Made by a program: the position numbers and the translations under genes. From an uncultured Methanosarcinales archaeon (GTDB lineage Archaea > Nanobdellota > Nanobdellia > Woesearchaeales > GW2011-AR9), in the NCBI GenBank assembly GCA_964360675.1, contig CAYHXT010000001.1, positions 10,491 through 74,490 of the forward strand: a stretch of 64,000 nucleotides of DNA. Direction: 5' to 3'. Positions 45,838-56,235 of this stretch are shown here, piece by piece (the stretch's first letter is position 1; every line of letters begins with the position of its first letter). The notes beneath the pieces were generated by a model. It saw only the letters and a program-made list of their open reading frames with translations. It was not told the origin of the DNA and made no database searches.

Positions 45838-46950
45838 TTAGAATCGCTTTAATAATCTTTTCAATCCGGATTTTTTCCTGCCGGAATTTTCTTTCTGGGC
45901 ATCTCTTACTACATTTCTGGAAATCACGTCCATCTCGTGAGGAAAATTCGGGGCATCCCACGGAACAATCTTACCTTCTTTATACAACTGCCAGCGGCGT
46001 AAATCTTCTTCAACCATGATTTTAACCAACTGCTTGAATGTTACCGACGGCTTCCAGCCAAAGGCTTTCTGCGCTTTAGAAGGATTACCGCAGAGTTGAT
46101 GTACGTCTAAAGGCCTTTTCAGCTTTTTATCGGTAATCACATATTTTCTCCAATCTAATCCTGCTGCGGCAAAAGCTTCTTCCACAAATTCGCGCACGGA
46201 ATGAGTTTCTCCCGTAGCAATAACAAAATCATCGGGTTTTTGCTGCTGCATCATCATCCACATGACCTTTACATATTCTGGTGCGAAGCCCCAATCGCGT
46301 TTAGCATCAAGATTTCCTAATCTAAGTTCTTTCTGCATGCCCAACTTTATTTTGGCTACCGAGTTGGTGATTTTTCTGGTGACAAATTCCAATCCGCGCA
46401 AAGGACTTTCGTGATTGAATAAAATGCCGTTGCAGGCAAAAATACCATACGATCGACGATAAATGCGGACCATATGATAGGAATGGAGTTTTGCAGCCGC
46501 ATACGGAGAATTGGGAATCATCTTGGTATCCTCATCTTGCGGGCTGACGGTATTTGCGCCATACAATTCGCTGGTCGAAGCCTGATAGAATTTAATGTTT
46601 CGGTTGAAATGCCTGATTATCTCCAGGAAACGGGTGGTGCCGCTGGCATCTACTTCCGTAGTCAGCAGGGGAAAGTCAAAAGAGTTTCCTACAAAGCTCT
46701 GCGCAGCTAAATTATAGATTTCATGGGGATCAGAGATGGCAACTGCTTCAAGCAAAGAAGATGTGTCAGATAGGTCTGCAGGGATTAGAGTAACTTTATC
46801 CAGAATCTCGAGATGCTGCAGGCGCCAGAAATTAGGGGTGGATACTCTTCTGTAAGTGCCGAATACCTTATAGCCCTTGCTGAGAAGGAGTTTTGCCAAG
46901 TATGGGCCGTCCTGCCCGGTGATTCCGGTTATAAGCGCTCTTTTCATCAT
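45838..46950 (-). CDS. gmd: GDP-mannose 4,6-dehydratase
   Basis: GITGQDG, YNLAAQSFV, YQASTSELYG, YAAAK, NHESPLRG, RDWG. Confidence 0.93.
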   Translation of the reverse strand: MMKRALITGITGQDGPYLAKLLLSKGYKVFGTYRRVSTPNFWRLQHLEILDKVTLIPADLSDTSSLLEAVAISDPHEIYNLAAQSFVGNSFDFPLLTTEVDASGTTRFLEIIRHFNRNIKFYQASTSELYGANTVSPQDEDTKMIPNSPYAAAKLHSYHMVRIYRRSYGIFACNGILFNHESPLRGLEFVTRKITNSVAKIKLGMQKELRLGNLDAKRDWGFAPEYVKVMWMMMQQQKPDDFVIATGETHSVREFVEEAFAAAGLDWRKYVITDKKLKRPLDVHQLCGNPSKAQKAFGWKPSVTFKQLVKIMVEEDLRRWQLYKEGKIVPWDAPNFPHEMDVISRNVVRDAQKENSGRKKSGLKRLLKRF

Positions 46951-47005
46951 ATTGGCTGCATTGCGCAAGTTTAAAAATATTTCTAAAGATGGTTCTATCT
47001 ATCCC

Positions 47006-48169
47006 TTAGCAGGAGTTATTAAGCTCCCTCCCTTTTTCTAATAGTTTTTCGTATTCTTTTACAAATTGTCGCGTTATCTTATCCACTGAAAATTCTTGCA
47101 CCGTTTCGAAACCATTTTCATTTAATTTCTTCATCTTTGTTTTGTTTTCTAACGCAATAATAATATTTTCTGCAATTGCTAATGGGCTAGCTGGTTCTAC
47201 CATAAGGCAATCTAGATTATCTCTTAGGATTTCTCGCAATTCTTCGAGATTAGAGGTAATCACTGGTGTTTTGCAAGCTAGGCATTCAAGCACACAAGAT
47301 GGATTGCTTTCAGTTCTAGTCAAAGTACGATAAGGAAAGACAGCCACATCGGCAAGATTTATATATTCAACAATATCCGCTTTATCAGTAATAATTTTCA
47401 CATGATTCTGAAGGTTATTATTGATGACAAAATCATAATATTTTATATCTATATTGCTAAATCGGCAGATATAGATAAATAAAACCTCGGGCTTCTCTCG
47501 AACTACTTTTGGCATAGATTGAAAAAGGTCATAAGTTCCTTTATCATCACGCATGGCTCCGTAGAAGAGGATTATTTTTTTAGTTGCAATTAAATGCTTC
47601 TCTTTTAGTTTATTCTTCGGCGAGGGCACAAATTTAGTAGTATTAATATGGGAACGAATTACCTTGATTTTTTCTTCTTTAATTCCTTTATTAACTAATT
47701 CTGATTTAAAATTTTCGGTGGCAACCGTTATTAGTTCAACATATTTGAGGAGAAAATACATGCTATTCCCTATTTTTTCTCGCGAGCGCGATTTAATGGT
47801 ATGTATAATTTTTGCGGCAGGAAATATTCTTTTAGCTATTATCCCATTAAGAGCCAATGGTATTGCAGAACTAAAATTATGGATTATTTCCGGTTCAAAT
47901 AATGATAGTTTCTTTATTTTGTTCAATGTAAAATAAACACTTAAGAGGGGGCTTGTTTTTTTAATAAGGGGATATTTGCAGATTAGGGAACTTCTATAAA
48001 TAGAGATGCCTTGAAAATGTTCAAAATCGGGAAATCCTGCTCTGCCCCGGGAGACAATAATTACTTCATTCCCTATCTTCTGCAGTTGATGAGCAAAATC
48101 AGTGATGGTTATGTTGGTCGCTTCTTTCAAGTTACCTGTAAATGAAGTGGAAATCAAAATGATATTCAT
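47006..48169 (-). CDS. GT4 glycosyltransferase
   Basis: KG motif, AD..VFP, E...S.VLE.LAC.TPVI. Confidence 0.85.
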   Translation of the reverse strand: MNIILISTSFTGNLKEATNITITDFAHQLQKIGNEVIIVSRGRAGFPDFEHFQGISIYRSSLICKYPLIKKTSPLLSVYFTLNKIKKLSLFEPEIIHNFSSAIPLALNGIIAKRIFPAAKIIHTIKSRSREKIGNSMYFLLKYVELITVATENFKSELVNKGIKEEKIKVIRSHINTTKFVPSPKNKLKEKHLIATKKIILFYGAMRDDKGTYDLFQSMPKVVREKPEVLFIYICRFSNIDIKYYDFVINNNLQNHVKIITDKADIVEYINLADVAVFPYRTLTRTESNPSCVLECLACKTPVITSNLEELREILRDNLDCLMVEPASPLAIAENIIIALENKTKMKKLNENGFETVQEFSVDKITRQFVKEYEKLLEKGRELNNSC

Positions 48170-48170
48170 A

Positions 48171-49475
48171 TCAATACCACTCCAGTAGCAGTTTATTCAA
48201 AACAAACTCGTTGATTTCCTGATTATCCTTGCTGCTGTCAGCAGTTTTAAGCTCTAAATCGTAAGTGAGCCTATTAAATATGGATAGTTGGCGTTCAAGC
48301 TCTTCTATGGTTTCTTTTGGGCGGCGTTGATGAAGAACCTCTGCAGAATTATAGAGTAAAATGCTCAAGGTAGGTTTTGGAAAAAGCCACATCAATATTT
48401 TTTTATATCCCAAATGAACATTTTTCATAAGTATTATGTCGGAACAGTATCTGTCAGTGATTACTATTTGTCTGCTCATCCTTCTTGGAAAGATCTTAAG
48501 ATAATATCTTAATAATAAATCTAGAGTGAAGATGTGCGAGCTGAGTGTGTAAAGGAACTTTTTTGCTAAACTAATCTCAACGCTTGGTATCCCCCTTTTG
48601 GCCAATTCAGTTTCCTTCTGGTTATTTTCTAATGATTTGTATTTCTTTCCAAGAAAGGTTATGGGGAGTATATGGCTGCGGCCCCTGCCGGTATAAATAA
48701 TATCAGTTTTTCTTCTAGTTCCCTCAAGAAATGTTCTTAGCTGGCTCACCGCCGTCGATTTTCCGGCCCCATCAGGCCCTACTATACTGATCAATGGCCA
48801 AGGCTTAAGAAACTTTTTCCATTTCACCCAACGAAAGAAAAGCTTGCTGATTATAACTGGATGTCTAGGATTCTTTAAAATAAAATAGGTGACTATTTTG
48901 GGAATGTTTATTTTGCTGAAGGATTGGCTATCTATGTTTTTTAAGATATGCCCTGTTATCTTTTTATTAAATATCTCTGAGAGTTTATTTAGGCAGTATT
49001 CCCGGTCTATTCTTTTTTCTTTCAGCAGGCCCGTTAATATTTTTTGATATTTCTCCTTAAAATACCTCTTACCTAATATTGAATGGGCTGTAAGCATAAC
49101 AAAAGTATCATTATCGTTAGGGGTAAAGAAAAAGGACTGATTTATTCTATTCTTAAGTATTGACTCTTTATAATAGGACATGTCATTCCAATATACCCCA
49201 CCCACCTGGACGTCAAAACTGCAATATTTTTGATCTTCTATCTTGAAAAAAGCTTTATGCTTAAGGGAAAACTGCGGTTTTCTTTTATTGAATCCGTGGT
49301 TTTTAAGTATAGCTTCGGCTCTTGAAAAATCCTCTTCAGCGATAGTTGTATCTAAGCTCTCCGGAGGAAACGGCTTTCCTAACAGAAATTCGTAATTCCT
49401 GAGTATACAATAATTGATATTATGCCGGTTGAAATCAAGCAGTACTAGTTTAAGATTTTCTATTTGGGAATTCAT
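48171..49475 (-). CDS. Nucleotidyltransferase-like + thymidylate-kinase-like fusion
   Basis: Y.ILRNY..LD N-domain; GPDGAGKST, ITDRY, FPKP. Confidence 0.7.
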   Translation of the reverse strand: MNSQIENLKLVLLDFNRHNINYCILRNYEFLLGKPFPPESLDTTIAEEDFSRAEAILKNHGFNKRKPQFSLKHKAFFKIEDQKYCSFDVQVGGVYWNDMSYYKESILKNRINQSFFFTPNDNDTFVMLTAHSILGKRYFKEKYQKILTGLLKEKRIDREYCLNKLSEIFNKKITGHILKNIDSQSFSKINIPKIVTYFILKNPRHPVIISKLFFRWVKWKKFLKPWPLISIVGPDGAGKSTAVSQLRTFLEGTRRKTDIIYTGRGRSHILPITFLGKKYKSLENNQKETELAKRGIPSVEISLAKKFLYTLSSHIFTLDLLLRYYLKIFPRRMSRQIVITDRYCSDIILMKNVHLGYKKILMWLFPKPTLSILLYNSAEVLHQRRPKETIEELERQLSIFNRLTYDLELKTADSSKDNQEINEFVLNKLLLEWY

Positions 49476-50977
49476 TCTTCATCTTTCCGTTTATTTTTTT
49501 TATTTTTGATTATTCGGTAATGATATTTAAGCTCTTTTATATTAATTATCTGCAATAGGCATAAACATAAAAAATATACTCCCCCTGAAATAGCTATTCC
49601 AATAATTATAAACGCTGTATTGGTGATTAACAGATTTATCATCTCCAGTAAAGCAAATAACATCAAAGCAGGTATTGTAAGGCGCAGCCATGTTTTCCAA
49701 GGGACGGCCATGCCGGTATTGGCGTTTATCTTATAAGTGGAAAGTAAAAAAATTAAAAAATAGCTTATGGTAGTAGCTATGGCCGCCCCGATCATGCCTA
49801 ATGAAGGGATCAATAAGATATTTATTACGACGTTGGCCGCAGCAGAAAGGAAGATTATTCCGGTCACAATTTTAGGTTTTCCAATACCCGAGAGAACCTT
49901 GGTGTTAATCACGCCTAAAGTACAAAAGAAAACCCCCACCATCAATATTTGGAAGGGGACAATGCCTGAACTGAATTCTTCTCGAAATAGAGTGGTTAAA
50001 ATCGGTTTAGCAAAAACAAAAGGGATAATCACCAACGGGACAATGGCCGTAAACATATATCTGTGGATCAGCTCCATTCCCTGAGCAAGTTTTTCTTTCT
50101 GGTTTCGCGACCATAGTTCTGAAGCCAAGGGAAACATGGGAGTAGCGACCGCAGTTCCTAAGTAAAGTATTGTCAAAGCAGTAGGGAGAATTGCATTATA
50201 AACTCCAACCTCAAACGGGGTCCTAAAATAAGTTAAAATCAGTGTATCTATATAACCGATTATTTTACTGCCTAAAGCGGTTGCGAATAATGGTATTCCA
50301 AAAGAAGCGACCTTAAATGAAGTCTCTTTAAATTTAGCAGTTTTGATGCGTAAGAAAGGAAAACGGCGAAGAGTAGCGGGAAGATAAATAAAAAACAAAA
50401 TAGGGCAGACCAACAGATAAGCAAGAGCCGGACCGAAAATTCCGGCCCCCCCATTAACAAATATTATGATTAGCAACAGCAGCAACACATTTTTAACCAA
50501 GTCTACAGAAGAAAATAAGGCCATTTCCTGAAGACCGAGAAGGATTTCTTTAAGTATTATAAAAAATATGCTAAAGAAGATGTACAGTATAAGGATGTAT
50601 AAGAGGATAATGGAAGAAGATTCTTTGAAGTATTTTTGGGCAAGGAAGCTGGAAGAAAAAAATAAAATAATCCCTAAAACCAATGAACCGATTATTTTTA
50701 AGGAAACTACGGAGATTATGGCGCTTTTTATTTGGCCGAATTTCTCGTGAACTTTATATTCAGCGATATGTTTAATCAATGATTCGCCTAAACCTAAATC
50801 GCGAATAAACAAGCAAATTATCACTAAATTCAGTACGGAATAAAGAATGCCAAATTCTTCGGTGGTGAAATAATTAGCTAAATATACTCTAATTGCATAT
50901 GCAATCAGGGCTGCTAAGAAACTGAACATTAGGGTTGTTCCGATTCCGTTAACAGCTTTCTTAATGTAAGAACTCAC
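49472..50977 (-). CDS. Oligosaccharide flippase (MOP/Wzx family)
   Basis: EEFG, DLGL, IDT..L, VGVY, LIP.LGMIGAAIAT; about 14 TM helices. Confidence 0.88.
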   Translation of the reverse strand: MSSYIKKAVNGIGTTLMFSFLAALIAYAIRVYLANYFTTEEFGILYSVLNLVIICLFIRDLGLGESLIKHIAEYKVHEKFGQIKSAIISVVSLKIIGSLVLGIILFFSSSFLAQKYFKESSSIILLYILILYIFFSIFFIILKEILLGLQEMALFSSVDLVKNVLLLLLIIIFVNGGAGIFGPALAYLLVCPILFFIYLPATLRRFPFLRIKTAKFKETSFKVASFGIPLFATALGSKIIGYIDTLILTYFRTPFEVGVYNAILPTALTILYLGTAVATPMFPLASELWSRNQKEKLAQGMELIHRYMFTAIVPLVIIPFVFAKPILTTLFREEFSSGIVPFQILMVGVFFCTLGVINTKVLSGIGKPKIVTGIIFLSAAANVVINILLIPSLGMIGAAIATTISYFLIFLLSTYKINANTGMAVPWKTWLRLTIPALMLFALLEMINLLITNTAFIIIGIAISGGVYFLCLCLLQIINIKELKYHYRIIKNKKNKRKDEE

Positions 50978-51204
50978 ATTTTCACGATTTAGATAGGATA
51001 TTTAAATGTGATGAAGCAAGAGGCGGATTCTATTTTTTAATCAATCCAAATAGTCAAAATACCGTGAATTGGCATATTGATAAATTAATCAGAACTGTTT
51101 ATAATAACATTTATATAATGGTATTCTTGGATTTAAATGGAAATGACATTATTAATATCCTCTTTTGAGAGAAATTATTTCTTAAATACTCCCGGTGTTA
51201 AGAA

Positions 51205-52290
51205 ATGAAATTGATGACTATAGGTCCGACGGAAATCGAAAAAGAGATCCTGGAGTTGGGAAAAAACCCGATGGTGTACAATAGAACTTCTGAATTTTGC
51301 AGTGTAATCAAAGAAATTGATGGAAATTTAAAATATGTTTTCAATACAAAAAATCAGGTATTTATATTAACTTGTTCTGGAACTGGAGCTATGGAAGCTG
51401 CAATTGTTAATACGCTTTCCAGAAATGATGAAGTAGTAATCGCCAATAATGGTGTATTTGGGCAAAGGTGGGTAGAAATCTGTAATAATTATGGCTTAAA
51501 TGTTAAAGAGATCAAAGGGACATTTGGTCAAACCATAGATCCGGAAAAAATAAGATTAGTTATAACTGAGGATACAAAAGCAGTGATTATAACTGCCAAT
51601 GAAACTTCATCTGGCACAGTTTCAGATGTACAAAGAATAGGTGAAGTAGTTAAAAAAACAAATTCCCTACTTATTGTCGATGCAATTTCAGATTTGTGTT
51701 GCGATGAATTTAAGACCGACGAATGGCATTGTGATGTAGTTGTAGTCAGCAGCAATAAAGGATTAGCAATACCACCGGGGTTAGCGTTCATTACCTTCAG
51801 TGAAAAAGCATGGAAAAGTGTAAATAATTCAAACTTACCAAAATATTATTTTGATATCAAAACCTATCAAAAAAATCAAATAAGGGGGCATACCCCATTT
51901 ACTCCACCTATAGGGACATTGTTTCAACTCCAAAGACGGCTCCAAATATACAAAGAAGAGGGTCTTGAAAAGATACTTGATAAAAATAAAAGACTCTCTA
52001 AGCTACTAAGAGAAGGCGTTAAGAAACTAAACCTAAAGCTAGCTTCTGACAGCCCATCTAATGGTGTTACGGCAATCTCCTGTCCTGAAGGAATAGATGC
52101 TAAAGAAATAGTGGCGGCTTTAAGAGAAAAATATAAAATTGAGGTGGCCCCTAGTTCGCTACCGTACGATCATTCCATATTTAAAGTTGGTGTGTTAGGA
52201 GATATCCAGGAACAAGATGTAATAGATCTGTTAAGCGCTTTAGGCGAAATATTAAACCAATTACAAGCTAATATAAACATAATTAAATGA
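51205..52290 (+). CDS. Class V PLP-dependent aminotransferase (serine-pyruvate/alanine-glyoxylate-like)
   Basis: GPT, SGTGAMEA, NETSSG, VDAIS, SNKGL.IPPG, TPFTP. Confidence 0.88.
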   Translation: MKLMTIGPTEIEKEILELGKNPMVYNRTSEFCSVIKEIDGNLKYVFNTKNQVFILTCSGTGAMEAAIVNTLSRNDEVVIANNGVFGQRWVEICNNYGLNVKEIKGTFGQTIDPEKIRLVITEDTKAVIITANETSSGTVSDVQRIGEVVKKTNSLLIVDAISDLCCDEFKTDEWHCDVVVVSSNKGLAIPPGLAFITFSEKAWKSVNNSNLPKYYFDIKTYQKNQIRGHTPFTPPIGTLFQLQRRLQIYKEEGLEKILDKNKRLSKLLREGVKKLNLKLASDSPSNGVTAISCPEGIDAKEIVAALREKYKIEVAPSSLPYDHSIFKVGVLGDIQEQDVIDLLSALGEILNQLQANINIIK

Positions 52291-52336
52291 CTAGTTGAAG
52301 TGGTTTTATAATTTATGTTGATAAAAAGAGATTACT

Positions 52337-53161
52337 ATGGGGAAATGTATGAATAAACCAATCAAATTAATATTAACTAAAAAATTATTGGAATTATGCA
52401 ATTGTAAACCCAGTTATAGTATTTATGCTCTTCTTCCAGAGATAAATGGGGGTGATTATTTTTATGAAGTTGATTCTCACTCTTTATTATCGCTCCCAAG
52501 AAATATAGAATTGGTAAAAAGCATATTTTCTCTGCAGACAAATGGAAGTAAATATGGTTCTAATCAACATCAATATACGGCAGAATTTAAAGAAGGTCTC
52601 CTGAACCAGCTTTCACAACATAAAGTGTGGCTGGGAGAAAAAGAATTAGAAATCAAAGGAGACGATAAAGTCAGTATAACTTTAAGCTTATTATTCAGTT
52701 CTTACCTGGATTGTTTCGTAAAACCAGTTCAGTTTTATATCCCGATGTCTTCCAGTTGCGCAGGACAATGGGATCTATGGGACAAACAGGATTATTTTTT
52801 ATTTTTGAAAAATATAATGGACAAAGATAAACCTCATAAATTAATAGATAAATTATCTAAAAATATGATCTGGAAAACTAAGTTTAAACCTGAAGATTTC
52901 AATTTGGCAGTAAGAAAAGCACTCCTAAAAAGAGAGATGTTTGATAAAGACCTTGAACCCGAGGCGATGATCAAAGCGATAATCATCAGGACGGGAGAGT
53001 TAAGCAATCCGAGAGTAGGTTATGAGACTATCGATTATGTAATGAGGACATTGTTTGTTAATTTAAAAGTGGATAAATATTTAAGAGTGGATAGAGAGAT
53101 AGAATTTTTGAAGAGACTTGAAAAAACAATAAAAGAAGAAATATTAAATTGTTTACAATAA
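52337..53161 (+). CDS. Hypothetical protein
   Basis: 274-aa ORF co-oriented with neighbours, no recognised motif. Confidence 0.55.
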   Translation: MGKCMNKPIKLILTKKLLELCNCKPSYSIYALLPEINGGDYFYEVDSHSLLSLPRNIELVKSIFSLQTNGSKYGSNQHQYTAEFKEGLLNQLSQHKVWLGEKELEIKGDDKVSITLSLLFSSYLDCFVKPVQFYIPMSSSCAGQWDLWDKQDYFLFLKNIMDKDKPHKLIDKLSKNMIWKTKFKPEDFNLAVRKALLKREMFDKDLEPEAMIKAIIIRTGELSNPRVGYETIDYVMRTLFVNLKVDKYLRVDREIEFLKRLEKTIKEEILNCLQ

Positions 53162-53245
53162 TCTTCGGATAATCATAATTTTTACAATCATCATATATAA
53201 GCTTTTTGGCGAAACCTTTTAAAATGGGTGGAGTCTGTTCGGATT

Positions 53246-54676
53246 ATGGAAAACACACCAAATATAAAACGGAGAATCGATAGGCCGCTTGTAAAGATTT
53301 CAACAGGAACTTACCCTAATAAATGGTATGGTTCATATGCAGCAAAAGTCGCTGAAGAATTAGGAGTTAAACCTATATCAATGGGTTATGGGGATCCGGC
53401 AGTGAATGCTGTTATCCCAGAAAACTTATTAGCTATATTTCAAAAACATCTTACTTTTCCAAATGCAGGAGCTTATTCCAACGACTTGGGTGAACCTTGT
53501 CTACGTAAGGCTTATGAAGATTTTATAATGAGGGATGAAGCTCTTGAATCAAAAATAAATTTAGTTGTAGGCACGGCCGGTGGTAGAAGTATCATCACTT
53601 CAACATTTAAAGCATCGACTAAACCTGGGGATGTCGTTTTAGTGCCTGATCCGGCCTGGAGCGGTTATGAAGCCTTAGCAAGAGATGCTAGAATAAATTT
53701 AGTAGATATATCTACTAATTCAGAAAATAATTTCGTTCCGACTAAACAAAGTATCGAAGCTGCCATTGAAAAAGCAGGAAGGATGTACCCGGACGGGGAA
53801 GTCAAATTAATGATTATCAATACGCCGCATAATCCTACCGGGACCGTCTATGATGAGAAGGATATCACTGACATTTTAGCAGCACTTAAAGAAAATCACA
53901 TCAAAGGATTAGTGGATTATACTTATAGATCAATCAAGGCCGAAGGTACAAGCATCCCGTCTGTCCATAAGATTGCTGAAAAATTGGCCGCAAAGGCTGG
54001 AGTTCCTTTAAGAGAATATACGGACAACTTAATTGCTATGCAAACTTTAGGTAAGGTCACTCTCACACCTGGCTTTAGGGTAGGTTATGTAATGTCAACC
54101 GATTTAGATTTTATTGGGAAATTCATGACGGAAAAACAAGCTAATGATTTAAGCGGTCACATATTCATTCAAACCGCATTTGCTGAATATCTTGGCAGTC
54201 AGGGGCAAAAAGATGATTTCGCAAAGACTGTAAAACAATTTGAAGAAAGGCGGGCTTATTTATTGGAACAATTAAGCTGTTTTAATTATAGCCCTGAGCA
54301 AGGAAACGTCGTAGCTAATCCAGTAGGCTTTTATCTGACTTTTGAAGTGCCGAAAAGATTCAAAGAAGAAAAGGTGCCTTTAAGAGATGTTTCTGAACTA
54401 TTTAGCAGGTATCCTTTCATCAGGCAGACTGTTTCTGAGGATGAATATACAAAATTGTTTGAAAGTAGAGGCTATATTCCCGCTTCAGAGTTATTCGCTT
54501 TAGAATTGGTCGATAAATCTGCAGTAGCTGTATGCCCGGGACACCTATTTACCAAAGAATCAAACAAAGAAAATGGTTACGAAAATTGGTGCAGGGTAGC
54601 ATTAATACAGCCGGTCCAGAAATTATGGGAGATGTTTTATCGTTTAAAAGACCATAATAACATTTTACAATACTGA
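53246..54676 (+). CDS. Class I/II PLP-dependent aminotransferase
   Basis: G.GDP, PDPAW..Y, NTPHNPTG, D..Y, TLGK...PGFRVG; TTTTAAAA box favours ATG 53246. Confidence 0.85.
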   Translation: MENTPNIKRRIDRPLVKISTGTYPNKWYGSYAAKVAEELGVKPISMGYGDPAVNAVIPENLLAIFQKHLTFPNAGAYSNDLGEPCLRKAYEDFIMRDEALESKINLVVGTAGGRSIITSTFKASTKPGDVVLVPDPAWSGYEALARDARINLVDISTNSENNFVPTKQSIEAAIEKAGRMYPDGEVKLMIINTPHNPTGTVYDEKDITDILAALKENHIKGLVDYTYRSIKAEGTSIPSVHKIAEKLAAKAGVPLREYTDNLIAMQTLGKVTLTPGFRVGYVMSTDLDFIGKFMTEKQANDLSGHIFIQTAFAEYLGSQGQKDDFAKTVKQFEERRAYLLEQLSCFNYSPEQGNVVANPVGFYLTFEVPKRFKEEKVPLRDVSELFSRYPFIRQTVSEDEYTKLFESRGYIPASELFALELVDKSAVAVCPGHLFTKESNKENGYENWCRVALIQPVQKLWEMFYRLKDHNNILQY

Positions 54677-54689
54677 TAAATGTGGCCTG

Positions 54690-55133
54690 ATGATGCAACA
54701 AGGAACAAAACCAGTGAAAAAGAGGGTAGTTTTTACCGCAGGAACCTGGGATTTGTTCCATGTCGGACATTTAAATCTGATAAAAAAATCCAAGGAACTC
54801 GGTGATTTTTTAATTGTCGCTGTGAGTACAGATGAATTAGTGGCTTCATATAAAAAAGGCCTTCTAGTAATCCCTTTCGATGAAAGAGTGGCAATACTTG
54901 AGTCCTGCAAGTATGTAGATAAAGTCATCAAACAAAGTTCTTTGATCGAACTAAAGCAACTTAAAGAATATGATCCAGACATCATCACCATCGGAGATGA
55001 CTGGAAAGGAAAGCAGTTAAGCAGTCTAGAATGGTTTAAGAATCAACCTAATAAGAAGGTGGTATATCTTCCTTATACGTCGCATGTCAGTTCTACAAAA
55101 ATAAAAGAAACAATAAGGAAATCTAATTTTTAA
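54690..55133 (+). CDS. Glycerol-3-phosphate cytidylyltransferase-like (TagD family)
   Basis: GTWDLFHVGH, VSTD, ER, GDDW.G, YT..VSST. Confidence 0.85.
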   Translation: MMQQGTKPVKKRVVFTAGTWDLFHVGHLNLIKKSKELGDFLIVAVSTDELVASYKKGLLVIPFDERVAILESCKYVDKVIKQSSLIELKQLKEYDPDIITIGDDWKGKQLSSLEWFKNQPNKKVVYLPYTSHVSSTKIKETIRKSNF

Positions 55134-55172
55134 TTTTCTTCTAAAAGAGTACAAAATCACAAAGTTTATTAA

Positions 55173-56213
55173 ATGGTTCTTGAGAATCTAGCTATGGACT
55201 TTTTAAAAATTTCCTGCCCCATCTGCGGTTCTGATGAACATTCGTTAGTCTCCAACAAGGGCCAGTTCAATATCAAATTATATGCCTCGTTATGCAAACA
55301 ATGCGGATTGATGTATCTAAATCCAAGATGGTCTAAAAGTTCTTATGACCACTTTTATGCCAACCTTTATGACCACTTTTATAGGACTTCTAAATCTAAA
55401 AAAAATTTTCCGGAATTGTATTACGGTAAAATCAAACAGATCCACGGGAGGATGCTGAAAGAGGGCTTATTCCCTGCTAAAATAGAAAATGCGCTGGATA
55501 TAGGCAGCGGAGAAGGGTGGCCGCTGCTGTATCTTAAGGAAAATCATGAAAAAAGCGGGAAAAATACCCCTCTAAATCTTCATGCCATCGAACCTTCTTC
55601 ACGTTGTCTTAAAACTCTGAAAGAATTCGGAATAAATGTGATCTCTAACGATGTAGATTCTGATTGGCATAAAAAATATAAACATAAATTTGACTTCATA
55701 ATTATGAGGCATGTCCTAGAGCATTTCATGGATCCAGTCTCTGTGCTGAAAAAAGTATCTTCCTCATTAACAAAAGACGGTCTGGTGTATATCGCAGTGC
55801 CTAATTCGATGAATCCACAATTGCCGTTAAACAAGACTTTCTTCAGGGCAGTGCACACTTTTTATTTTTCCAGGATCTCTTTGCATAACGTAATAAATCT
55901 TTCAAATCTGGAGATTATGCACTTATCAGCGAGTCCTAAAGATAGTCCTCATGAGATATATGCCCTGTGCAGAAAGTCAAGAAAAGCGGTTCCTCCGGTA
56001 ATCCTAAATGATGAGTTTTTTTTACAGAAAGAAGTGTTATCTAATTCATATAAAAAAGAAAAATCATTTAAGTTTAAGATTGATAATTCCATAAATAATT
56101 TAAAGAACCATACTAAAAGAAGGATTATAAAATTAATCCCTTCCGGGATAAAAAAGAGCAGTTATTTAAAAAAGGCGATTGGAATTTATCATCGTACAAA
56201 AATTATTAATTAA
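55173..56213 (+). CDS. SAM-dependent methyltransferase with N-terminal Zn ribbon
   Basis: CPICG...CKQCGL.Y.NPR, LDIGSG.G, HVLEH. Confidence 0.85.
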   Translation: MVLENLAMDFLKISCPICGSDEHSLVSNKGQFNIKLYASLCKQCGLMYLNPRWSKSSYDHFYANLYDHFYRTSKSKKNFPELYYGKIKQIHGRMLKEGLFPAKIENALDIGSGEGWPLLYLKENHEKSGKNTPLNLHAIEPSSRCLKTLKEFGINVISNDVDSDWHKKYKHKFDFIIMRHVLEHFMDPVSVLKKVSSSLTKDGLVYIAVPNSMNPQLPLNKTFFRAVHTFYFSRISLHNVINLSNLEIMHLSASPKDSPHEIYALCRKSRKAVPPVILNDEFFLQKEVLSNSYKKEKSFKFKIDNSINNLKNHTKRRIIKLIPSGIKKSSYLKKAIGIYHRTKIIN

Positions 56214-56235
56214 TCAAGTGGTAAGGGAGAGCGTA

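Noticed and set aside
55343..55382. 16-nt direct repeat TTATGACCACTTTTAT
   Set aside because: Two copies only, in frame (YDHFY twice); a small intragenic duplication
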